Assembly (NCBI GenBank): GCA_002327445.1
Contig: DCWA01000019.1
Location: forward strand, 7,035-71,034
DNA: 64,000 bases
Direction: 5' to 3'
Source of the DNA: Desulfobacteraceae bacterium UBA2174
Lineage (GTDB): Bacteria > Desulfobacterota > Desulfobacteria > Desulfobacterales > UBA2174
The notes beneath the pieces were generated by a model. It did no database searches. It was not told the origin of the DNA and saw only the letters and a list, made by a program, of their open reading frames with translations. The translations under genes and the position numbers were made by a program. Shown piece after piece: positions 8,133 through 18,486 of this stretch; position 1 is the first letter of the stretch, and the number at the start of each line of letters is the position of its first letter.

Positions 8133-8939
8133 CTATGAACGAACCGCCGGCTTGACGGCATGGATGTCGGCGGAAACCACGAAGTCGGCGACATTGGTTC
8201 CCGGCGCCCACTCTCGGATAAACGTCCTGCTTTCCTCCTTGGGCGTCACCCGGATGTCGACAAACCCGCAGCCCTGCAACATGGCCTCGACTTCCGCGAT
8301 CAACGAAGCCCCGGCGATGCAACCGGCGTGAAGGGCCAGGTCCTGGCGCACGGCATCGGGCAACTGGGCGGTGGCCACCACATCGGAGACCGCCAGCCGG
8401 CCGCCGGGCTTGAGGGCCCGGTAGATCTCGGCAAAGACGCGGGGCTTGTCCGGCGAGAGATTGATAACGCAATTGGAAATCACCACATCCGCCGTGTTGT
8501 CGGCCACGGGCAGGTTTTCGATTTCGCCCAGGCGAAACTCCACGTTGCCATGCCCTGTCTTGGCCGCGTTGGCCCGGGTGCGGGAAATCATTTCAGGGGT
8601 CATGTCCACCCCGATCACCCGGCCCGTTTCCCCCACCTGGCGTGCGGCCAGGAAACAGTCGAACCCGCCGCCGCTGCCCAGATCGAGCACCACTTCGCCG
8701 GGTTTCAAAGCCGCGATGGCCTGGGGGTTGCCGCAGCCGAGCCCCAGGTTGGCCCCCTCGGGCACGGCGCCGACCTCCTCGGGGCTGTAGCCGAGGGCCC
8801 GGGAGATGCTGGCGGCATCCACCGCCGGGGCGCCGCAGCAGCCCGGGGCGCAGCCGCAACCGGACTGGCGGGTGTCAACAATCTGGCTGTAGCGCTGGCG
8901 CACGACCTGGCGGATTTCGTCTTTTTTCAAGATTTCCAT
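8133..8939 (-). CDS. arsM: Arsenite S-adenosylmethionine methyltransferase
   Basis: N-terminal Cys cluster SGCGCAPGCCG, SAM motif VLDLGSGGGFDCF, and ...ISNCVINL. Located between acr3 and arsC. ATG at 8939 (MEILKKDEI). Confidence 0.8.
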   Translation of the reverse strand: MEILKKDEIRQVVRQRYSQIVDTRQSGCGCAPGCCGAPAVDAASISRALGYSPEEVGAVPEGANLGLGCGNPQAIAALKPGEVVLDLGSGGGFDCFLAARQVGETGRVIGVDMTPEMISRTRANAAKTGHGNVEFRLGEIENLPVADNTADVVISNCVINLSPDKPRVFAEIYRALKPGGRLAVSDVVATAQLPDAVRQDLALHAGCIAGASLIAEVEAMLQGCGFVDIRVTPKEESRTFIREWAPGTNVADFVVSADIHAVKPAVRS

Positions 8940-8956
8940 CACATTCTCCTTTACTG

Positions 8957-10048
8957 TTACGCCTTGCAGGTGACATGGCAAACCCCGGTTGGGGTTTTGA
9001 CCGCGTAGGGGAAATATCTGCGCTTGAACCACAGGGCCACGTTGACCAGCGCGATGAGCACCGGCACCTCCACCAAGGGACCGATCACGGCGGCAAAGGC
9101 TTCCCCCGAGTTGATGCCGAACACGGCCACGGCCACGGCGATGGCCAGCTCGAAGTTGTTGGAAGCGGCGGTGAACGACAAGGTGGTGGCCTGCTCGTAG
9201 GTGGCCTTGAACTTCATGGACATGAAGAAGCTGAGCAGGAACATGACGAGAAAATAGATGCACAGCGGAATGGCGATGCGCACCACGTCCAAGGGCAGCT
9301 TGACGATGTATTCGCCCTTGAGCGAGAACATCACCACGATGGTGAACAGCAGGGCGACCAGGGTCAGGGGGCTGATTTTGGGGATGAAGTATTCATGATA
9401 CCACTTTTCCCCTTTGGTCTTCAGGCCGATGATGCGGGTGATCAGACCGGCGATAAACGGGATGCCCAGATAGATGAAGACGCTTTCGGCGATCTGGCCG
9501 ATGGTGATGTCGACCACGGCGCCTTGGATCCCGAACCATCCGGGCAGGATGGTGATGAAAAACCAGGCGTAAACCGAGAAGAACAGCACCTGGAAGATGG
9601 AGTTGAAGGCCACCAGACCGGCGCAATACTCGGCGTCGCCCTTGGCCAGATCGTTCCAGACCAGCACCATGGCGATGCAGCGCGCCAGGCCGATCATGAT
9701 CAGGCCCACCATGTATTCGTGGTGGCCGGAGAGAAAGGCGATGGCCAGCAGGAACATCAGGATCGGGCCGATGATCCAGTTCTGCGCCAGCGACAGGGTG
9801 AGGATCTTCCCATCTTGAAAGACGAAGCCCAGCTTCTCGTAGCGCACCTTGGCCAGGGGCGGGTACATCATCAGGATCAGGCCCGCGGCGATGGGCAAGT
9901 TGGTGGTGCCCACCTGGAAGATGTTGATGAAATCGCGCACCCCCGGATACAGGTAGCCGCCGAAGACCCCCACGGCCATGGCCAGGAAGATCCACAGGGT
10001 GAGAAAGCGATCCAGAAAGCTCAGGTGCTTGATGGTGGAATCGGTCAT
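8957..10048 (-). CDS. acr3: ACR3-family arsenite efflux permease
   Basis: [27 protein letters not shown]...[12 protein letters not shown]...[13 protein letters not shown] is typical of Acr3. ATG at 10048. Confidence 0.85.
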   Translation of the reverse strand: MTDSTIKHLSFLDRFLTLWIFLAMAVGVFGGYLYPGVRDFINIFQVGTTNLPIAAGLILMMYPPLAKVRYEKLGFVFQDGKILTLSLAQNWIIGPILMFLLAIAFLSGHHEYMVGLIMIGLARCIAMVLVWNDLAKGDAEYCAGLVAFNSIFQVLFFSVYAWFFITILPGWFGIQGAVVDITIGQIAESVFIYLGIPFIAGLITRIIGLKTKGEKWYHEYFIPKISPLTLVALLFTIVVMFSLKGEYIVKLPLDVVRIAIPLCIYFLVMFLLSFFMSMKFKATYEQATTLSFTAASNNFELAIAVAVAVFGINSGEAFAAVIGPLVEVPVLIALVNVALWFKRRYFPYAVKTPTGVCHVTCKA

Positions 10049-10105
10049 CTGCGTTTTTCCTTTTCCTGATCGATGCGCGGTCGCAGACGAGCGCGACAAC
10101 GGCGC

Positions 10106-10459
10106 CTATTTGCCGCACACCTCATCGCAGCCGGTCTTCATCACTTGCGCCAGGCGTTGCCGGTCTTCCAGAATCGTGGGGTTGTCCTTCAGGGCGTCGA
10201 GCAACCAGGCCAGCGCAGAACGGGCCGCCTGGGGGGCCTGGGCACCGGCCAGCCGGTAGTACATCCAGCGGCCATTCTTCCGCCCCTCGATCAACCGGGC
10301 ACTGCGTAAAATCGAAAGGTGCTTGCTGACGGTGGAAGGCGCCAGCCCGATCAACTCGATGAGCTGGCATACGCACAGCTCGCCGTCCCGCAAGGCGGCC
10401 AACAGGCGAACCCGGGTTTGATCGGCCAGGGCTTTGGTCACGGCCATGATTTGGAACAT
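10106..10459 (-). CDS. arsR: ArsR-family repressor of the ars operon
   Basis: ...LADQTRVRLLAALRDGELCVCQLIELIGLAPSTVSKHLSIL (ELCVC metalloid-site-like). ATG at 10459 is preceded by AGGAGG. The track start at 10489 would lie inside the operator palindrome. Confidence 0.8.
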   Translation of the reverse strand: MFQIMAVTKALADQTRVRLLAALRDGELCVCQLIELIGLAPSTVSKHLSILRSARLIEGRKNGRWMYYRLAGAQAPQAARSALAWLLDALKDNPTILEDRQRLAQVMKTGCDEVCGK

Positions 10460-10481
10460 CGCGGCCTCCTGTAAAGCTTTT

Positions 10482-10523
10482 CCATCCACTATAATTCGTT
10501 ATTTGGCGAATTATAGTGGATGG
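10482..10523. promoter_or_regulatory. Perfect 17-bp inverted repeat with 8-bp spacer: candidate ArsR operator
   Basis: CCATCCACTATAATTCG (10482-10498) and CGAATTATAGTGGATGG (10507-10523) are exact reverse complements. They sit 23-64 nt upstream of the arsR ATG. Confidence 0.7.
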
Positions 10524-10631
10524 AAATTAACCCCTGCGGTTTTCGCTGTCAACAGGCAATCGTTGTCTTACCTGGAAATTTCTGTCGCGGCCGCGATCAT
10601 CGGAGGGCTTTTCTGCTAAAAACCAAGCACA

Positions 10632-11210
10632 TCAAACAGTTCGAGGAGTCGACTGCCCAGCTTCTTGACCGAATCGTATAGGTTTTTTCGCCATAGGGCT
10701 GCACCCGTGGCAATCCTTGCAATCATCCTGAAAAGGAGATGAATTGTTGAACCGTGATGCCGCCTCAAGCCGGGACATGCGGATGCGCTCGATGGCTGGC
10801 AGGTTTTCGGCTGAAAACCGTTTGAAAATCAGCACCCCGCCGATGATTCCCGAAAACAAAAGGGCGGCTGAAATGGAAAGGCCGGCGCCGAAATCACGAG
10901 AGAAGCCGTGGGTTAAGGACCAGGCAAGGGCGATGGCCAGCGTCAGCCCGACCAGAGGTGGCCCCAATCCGGCCGCAGCATTTCTCAATAAAGTGCCTGA
11001 ATGCAGGCTGACGACAACCTGATCCCCCACCTGCGCCCCGACGGGGTTGAGGGCCTCCACCGTGAAGGAACTCCCGCCGGACGTACAATGGCAGACCCGT
11101 CTGTTCACCTCGCCGGAAACCCCCGGAATGCCGGGACTCCCGGGCTCAATGACGACCTCGGCCTTGCCGTCGGCCTTCAGCGTGGCGATATATCCCTCAT
11201 ATTCCGGCAT
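10632..11210 (-). CDS. RseC/MucC-family (SoxR-reducing system type) membrane protein
   Basis: N-terminal beta-rich domain with Cys (RRVCHCTSGG) followed by two TM helices. GGAGG RBS upstream of the ATG at 11210. The C-terminal Cys motif is unusual. Confidence 0.5.
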   Translation of the reverse strand: MPEYEGYIATLKADGKAEVVIEPGSPGIPGVSGEVNRRVCHCTSGGSSFTVEALNPVGAQVGDQVVVSLHSGTLLRNAAAGLGPPLVGLTLAIALAWSLTHGFSRDFGAGLSISAALLFSGIIGGVLIFKRFSAENLPAIERIRMSRLEAASRFNNSSPFQDDCKDCHGCSPMAKKPIRFGQEAGQSTPRTV

Positions 11211-11286
11211 GTCGGATTACCTCCGTTTTCGTTTCCATGCGATTCAATTCTCTTGGATATCAAGCGTATCCTTTCCTGCTTGACGC

Positions 11287-12063
11287 TTACATACGGACAA
11301 ACGGGTTGGTAATGAAGTAAATTCCCAACAGCCCGACGACAGCCCCGGAGCCGCGCTGAAACCACAGGCCGGCTCCCTGCCAGGCGCTGTTTTCGGTAAT
11401 GCGTCGCACCATGGCGGTGGAGCTGCCGGCTACGGCGATGGGCATACAGTGGCCCAGGGCAAAGAGAATCATCATCAGCGCGCCGGCGAAGATCTTCTGC
11501 TGCACGGTGACGATGGCCAGGATGGGTGCGATGAAACCGAAGGTGCACGATCCGGACAAAACCCCGTAGGCCAACCCCAAGCCGAAGGCCCCGTGGATGC
11601 CGCGCAGATTGAGCCGGTAGAGCAGGGAGCCGGACATGGAGCAGGCATGGACACCGAGCATGCCCAGGGCCACCCAGACGAGTACCGCGCCCACCAGCAC
11701 CTGCCACCCGTCGCCCACGACACCGAGCATGCGGCCCAGATAGGCGCAGACGATGCCCACCACCGCGATGGTGAGGAACAGGCCAAGGGAAAAGGCGCCG
11801 GCGTATTCCCGTTTGAGTTCCTCGATGATGGGCGCCATCATCTTGCAAGGAACGCACGAATCGACGCCTAGGTCGATCATCGTGACTCGCCCGGGAGACG
11901 GGGCGTCGGCGACACGGGAGACGGCCTGGCGCGGCTGACCGGCAGCCGGCGCGGTGGCCTCCGGTCCGACCTTAGGGCCCTCGGGCTTCACCAGGAAAAA
12001 GGCGACGGCCGCTGCTGCAACAGCCAGGACCAGGGGTATCGTCCACTTGGCCTTTTGTCGCAT
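11287..12063 (-). CDS. Fusion protein: signal anchor + N-terminal fragment of a thioredoxin fold (CVPC) joined to a CcdA/DsbD-like multi-TM domain
   Basis: VTMIDLGVDSCVPCKMMAPIIEELKREYAG is the beta1-CxxC-alpha1 portion of a thioredoxin. It runs directly into about 5 TM helices with SGSC and GHC motifs. Confidence 0.55.
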   Translation of the reverse strand: MRQKAKWTIPLVLAVAAAAVAFFLVKPEGPKVGPEATAPAAGQPRQAVSRVADAPSPGRVTMIDLGVDSCVPCKMMAPIIEELKREYAGAFSLGLFLTIAVVGIVCAYLGRMLGVVGDGWQVLVGAVLVWVALGMLGVHACSMSGSLLYRLNLRGIHGAFGLGLAYGVLSGSCTFGFIAPILAIVTVQQKIFAGALMMILFALGHCMPIAVAGSSTAMVRRITENSAWQGAGLWFQRGSGAVVGLLGIYFITNPFVRM

Positions 12064-12171
12064 CGGGAAATATCACCTGTTGGCGAAATTTGAATGGTTG
12101 ATAAATTTAACACGATATTACAGTATGATAGACTGCAATGCGATACCGGCCGGGCCGGAGACGGACCGATT

Positions 12172-12411
12172 TTATTTGATCCACTTCAGGACATCCTCTC
12201 TCTTGGGAATCTTGCCCACCGATTTGACTTCGCCATCCACCACCACCGCGGGAGTGCCGAAGACCCCGTAGCCGGCGATCTGCATCAGGTCGGTGACTTT
12301 TTCTACCTTGGCGGCCACGCCGGCCTCGGCCACCGCTTCCTTGACGATCTTTTCCGTCTGCTGGCATTTGGGGCAGCCCGGGCCCAGTACTTTGATTTCC
12401 ATGGTTTTCAT
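12172..12411 (-). CDS. Thioredoxin_3 family small redox protein (redox-active disulfide protein 2-like)
   Basis: 79 aa: MKTMEIKVLGPGCPKCQQTEK...GVFGTPAVVVDGEV. Confidence 0.8.
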   Translation of the reverse strand: MKTMEIKVLGPGCPKCQQTEKIVKEAVAEAGVAAKVEKVTDLMQIAGYGVFGTPAVVVDGEVKSVGKIPKREDVLKWIK

Positions 12412-12453
12412 TCCTTTAAAATCAATAAGTTAACAATATTCTGGCTTCATTCG

Positions 12454-13629
12454 TCAGCCAAAGAAAGAACCGTAAATCATCCCGGCGATGGTGGACAAAA
12501 CCACAATGATGCCGCAGAAGGTGGCGGTCTTCTTGACCCCCATGACCGAACCGATCACCAGCATGTTGGGCAGAGAAAGCGCAGGACCTGCCAGCAGCAG
12601 GGCCAACGCCGGCCCCTGGCCCATACCCGAACCGATCAACCCTTGTAGAATGGGCACTTCAGTGAGGGTGGCAAAGTACATCAGTGCCCCGGCCACCGCG
12701 GCGATCAGGTTGGCCCACAGCGAGTTGCCCCCCAGCAGCGCCGAGACCCACTGCTCGGGAATCAGCGCCGGGTGCCCGGGGCGACCCAGCATGAAGCCGG
12801 CCACCAGGACCCCGGCGCCCAGCAGCGGGAAGATCTGCTTCATGAAGCCCCAGGTGGAATCGACCCAATCCTTGCACTCGTCGCGGGTGAACCAGGCCTT
12901 GAGCATGAACCCGAGGATGACGAGCAGGGCCACGGTGATGTACCACTTGGCGGCGAAAATCGCCGGCCAGAGACCTGCCGACCCCGCGGCCGGACGTGCA
13001 AAGGCGGCGAAGACCAGGATCAGCACCATGGTGAAAATGTACAAGCCGTCCTGAAGAAGGGTGCGTTCCTTGGCGCCGGCCTCTGGCACGTAGATCTGAC
13101 CAGTGGCGCGGGCGGCATCGTCCTTCCTGAAGATCAGGGCCATGAGCAGGCCGGTGATCACTGCGAAACTCACCGCCCCGACGGCCCGGGCCAAGCCGAG
13201 CTGCCAGCCGAGGATCTTGGCGGTCAACGAGATGGCTAACACGTTGATGGCCGGCCCTGAATAAAGGAAGGCCGTGGCCGGGCCGATGCCTGCCCCGCGG
13301 GCGTAGATGCCGGCAAACAGGGGCAAAACAGTGCAGGAGCAGACCGCCAGGATGGTCCCCGACACCGAGGCCACCGAATAGGAGAGGATCTTGTTCGCCT
13401 GGGCGCCAAAGTATTTGAGTACCGAGGCCTGGGAGATGAATACGGCGATGGCCCCGGCGATGAAAAAGGCCGGAATCAGACAGGTGAGCACATGTTCTCG
13501 GGCGTATTCCTGAAGCATCAGGAAGGCTTCCAGGCCCGACTGGCGGATGACGGGATGGCTCCAGGGGACATAGTAGGCGACCGCAAAAATTCCTAAGATC
13601 CACAATAGCTTGGTACGTTCTTTCATCAT
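12454..13629 (-). CDS. Predicted permease (ArsP_1/DUF318-type)
   Basis: 391 aa polytopic protein with ...AVCSCTVLPLFAGIY... Occurs in the recurrent arsR + permease + thioredoxin_3 arrangement. Confidence 0.65.
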   Translation of the reverse strand: MMKERTKLLWILGIFAVAYYVPWSHPVIRQSGLEAFLMLQEYAREHVLTCLIPAFFIAGAIAVFISQASVLKYFGAQANKILSYSVASVSGTILAVCSCTVLPLFAGIYARGAGIGPATAFLYSGPAINVLAISLTAKILGWQLGLARAVGAVSFAVITGLLMALIFRKDDAARATGQIYVPEAGAKERTLLQDGLYIFTMVLILVFAAFARPAAGSAGLWPAIFAAKWYITVALLVILGFMLKAWFTRDECKDWVDSTWGFMKQIFPLLGAGVLVAGFMLGRPGHPALIPEQWVSALLGGNSLWANLIAAVAGALMYFATLTEVPILQGLIGSGMGQGPALALLLAGPALSLPNMLVIGSVMGVKKTATFCGIIVVLSTIAGMIYGSFFG

Positions 13630-13704
13630 CGCATCACTCCGGCGGCAGGTCCGGTATTTTTATATCGTCATATAACGATACATTAAGGTCAAAAAAATAT
13701 ATCC

Positions 13705-14049
13705 TCACCCCCCGCAGATGGTCTCGCGGCGGATCTGCGGCAGCCGGGCCACCAGGGCCGACACCTGGGGATCGTCCTCCAGCCAGTGGCGCAGATTGCC
13801 CAGGAAGCTGAGCGCGTAGGGGTTCCTTGCATCTTCGGCCAGGCGGTAGTTGACCCACAGACCTTCCTTGGCGTAGGTGATCAATCCGGCGTCTTCCAAT
13901 ATTTTCAGGTGCTTGCTGGCGGTCGACTGGGCCAGGCCCAATGCCTCCTGGATCTCGCAGACGCAGAGCACCCGCCGCTGGAGCAGTTTGAGCATCTTGA
14001 CCCGATTGGGATCGGAGAGGGCCTTGGTCACCTTGATGAATTCCCGCAT
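13705..14049 (-). CDS. ArsR-family transcriptional regulator
   Basis: MREFIKVTKALSDPNRVKMLKLLQRRVLCVCEIQEALGLAQSTASKHLKIL. Confidence 0.8.
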   Translation of the reverse strand: MREFIKVTKALSDPNRVKMLKLLQRRVLCVCEIQEALGLAQSTASKHLKILEDAGLITYAKEGLWVNYRLAEDARNPYALSFLGNLRHWLEDDPQVSALVARLPQIRRETICGG

Positions 14050-14384
14050 GTGGCCTCCATACCGTTGGATCGAAATATAGTGGTCCAGCCCGGATCCGTC
14101 AAGGCAAAAATTCGGGAGCGTTTGGAGGCGCCTTCAGCGGCAACCGATTTCAAGGTTGACAGCTCCAAACGGGTCGACTAAGAGATGTAACAATGTTTCG
14201 ATGTTAGGCTCGATACTTTGGTCAATCAAATAAAAACAATAAGATATCAACTTATTAGGATGAAACAGAGTTTTTGTCGACACTTCTTGCGCCTCGATTC
14301 CTGATAAGACAATATTAACATTAAATACAGATGGATATTATTTAATCGAGTCCCGGAAAGCCCGAGGGACTCGCCCCGGACCAG

Positions 14385-15005
14385 ATGACTGAACCGATAA
14401 CAAAGTTCGGTGCCCTGAGGCCCGAGATTCAGCGCCGGCTGGAAGCGGCGGTGATGGAAATTTTTTCCAGCTCCGACTTTCACAAGGCCAACATGCGTGA
14501 TGTGGCCCGCCGTGCCGGCGTCAGCTTCTCCACCATCTATTCGCATTTCGGCAGCAAGGAGCGCCTGGTCTTCGCTTTCGTGGACATCTGGCTCGGCAAG
14601 CTCACCGACCGGATTATCGATCACCTCCAGGGCATCGAGGACCTGAAGGAGAAACTGCGCAAGGTCCTGTGGCTGCAGCTCGACTACTACGAGCGCAACC
14701 CGGGACTGGGGCGGATCTTGTTCATGACATTGCCCATGCAGACCTGGATGGCCGACGAGAGCTTCCAGCAGAAAAAGATGATCCATCTCTACCTGGACGT
14801 GCTGCGGCGGGGACAGCAGGAAGGGGTGCTCGTGGACACGGTGCGGGCCGGCGTGTTGCTCGATTTCATGCTCGGTTTCGTGCAGCGCACCTTTTTCATG
14901 TGGATCTCCAGGGGCCAGCAAGAAGGTCTGGCGGCCCAGTCCAATGTGTTTTTCGAGCTGATCTGGCGTGCTATCGCCAACCCGCGGCACACGGAGAACG
15001 GCTGA
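14385..15005 (+). CDS. TetR/AcrR-family transcriptional regulator
   Basis: ...FHKANMRDVARRAGVSFSTIYSHFGSKERLV is a TetR HTH. Confidence 0.8.
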   Translation: MTEPITKFGALRPEIQRRLEAAVMEIFSSSDFHKANMRDVARRAGVSFSTIYSHFGSKERLVFAFVDIWLGKLTDRIIDHLQGIEDLKEKLRKVLWLQLDYYERNPGLGRILFMTLPMQTWMADESFQQKKMIHLYLDVLRRGQQEGVLVDTVRAGVLLDFMLGFVQRTFFMWISRGQQEGLAAQSNVFFELIWRAIANPRHTENG

Positions 15006-15036
15006 CAGGGTACGGGTCGCGTAAAATTATTTTATA

Positions 15037-15160
15037 TCTGACGGATCTGACGGATCTGACGGATCTGACGGATCGGACGGATCGGACGGATCTGACGGAT
15101 CGGTCGGTTCGGACGGATCGGTCGGTTCGGCCGGTTCGGTCGGATCAAACGGATCGGCTG
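15037..15160. repeat. 9-bp tandem repeat array, ~13.8 units (consensus TCTGACGGA, degenerating to TCGGTCGGT)
   Basis: I split the sequence by hand into 14 units: four perfect TCTGACGGA, then variants. Unit junctions create 10 GATC sites. Lies between tetR and the mutase gene. Confidence 0.9.
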
Positions 15161-15234
15161 TAGACGATCGCACCCGGCACCGGTCGCCGGGCGCAGGGAA
15201 AACCACCGGCAACAGGGAGTCAAAGGAGACGACG

Positions 15235-17367
<2,133 letters not shown>

Positions 17368-17428
17368 AAACTGGAAATTGGGTCCTTTGAGTCCCTTTTG
17401 TCCTATTTGTTTTTATTAAAGTTGTTAG

Positions 17429-18430
17429 ATGGTATCGATGCTCAGCCAAGACCCCAATTTTTACGTTGAGGGCGTCCTCGCGGGGAACCGCCGCATCCTG
17501 GCCAAGACCATCACCCTGGTGGAAAGCACCCGCCCGGAGCACCAGGATTTGGCCATGGCGGTTCTTGACCGTTTGATCCCCCATACGGGGAAGGCGGTGC
17601 GCCTCGGCATCACCGGGGTGCCCGGCGTGGGCAAGAGCACCTTCATCGAGGCCTTTGGCATGCAGCGCATTGCCGGGGGGCACCGGCTGGCGGTGCTGGC
17701 GGTGGATCCGAGCAGCAGCCGCAGCGGAGGCTCCATTCTGGCCGACAAGACCCGCATGGAGCGGTTGTCCACCGAGCGTAACGCCTTCATCCGGCCATCG
17801 CCTTCGGGTGGCACCCTGGGCGGGGTGACCCGCAAGACCCGCGAGACCATGCTGGTCTGCGAGGCGGCCGGTTTCGACCTGATCATCGTCGAAACCGTTG
17901 GGGTCGGGCAGAGCGAAACCGCCGTGGCCTCGATGGTCGATTTTTTTCTCGTGCTGATGATCGCCGGGGCCGGCGACGAACTTCAGGGCATCAAGAAGGG
18001 CGTGCTGGAACTGGCCGATGCGGTGGTGATCAACAAGGCGGATGGCGACAACCGCCAGCCGGCTGAACTGGCGCGGTGCCAGTACGAAAACGCCTTGCAC
18101 CTGCTCATGCCGGCCTCCGCCTGCTGGCGGGTGCCGGTGATGACGTGCAGCGCCAAGACCGGCGAGGGACTGGAGGCCGTCTGGGAGAAGGTGTGCGAGC
18201 ACCGCGAACGCATGACGGCCAGCCGGGAGCTGGAAGCCAAGCGGCGCAACCAGGCTCTGGCCTGGATGTGGAGCCTCATCGAGGATGGGCTGCGCAAGCG
18301 GTTCCAGCGGAATCCGGAGGTCGGTCGCCTTCTGCCGGTCATCGAGCGCGAAGTGGCCGCCGGCCGCCTCGAAGCCACTCGCGGCGCCGATCGGTTGCTT
18401 TTTTCCCTTGACAAGGCCGGTGCGGTTTAG
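17429..18430 (+). CDS. meaB: MeaB/ArgK G3E GTPase (mutase chaperone)
   Basis: P-loop GVPGVGKSTFIEAFG, then ...VETVGVGQSE...INKADG. Immediately downstream of the mutase. Confidence 0.9.
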   Translation: MVSMLSQDPNFYVEGVLAGNRRILAKTITLVESTRPEHQDLAMAVLDRLIPHTGKAVRLGITGVPGVGKSTFIEAFGMQRIAGGHRLAVLAVDPSSSRSGGSILADKTRMERLSTERNAFIRPSPSGGTLGGVTRKTRETMLVCEAAGFDLIIVETVGVGQSETAVASMVDFFLVLMIAGAGDELQGIKKGVLELADAVVINKADGDNRQPAELARCQYENALHLLMPASACWRVPVMTCSAKTGEGLEAVWEKVCEHRERMTASRELEAKRRNQALAWMWSLIEDGLRKRFQRNPEVGRLLPVIEREVAAGRLEATRGADRLLFSLDKAGAV

Positions 18431-18486
18431 AAGGAGTAACATTTCGGCTGTTTTTTTCACGGCTGTTTCAACGAAAGGATACGATC

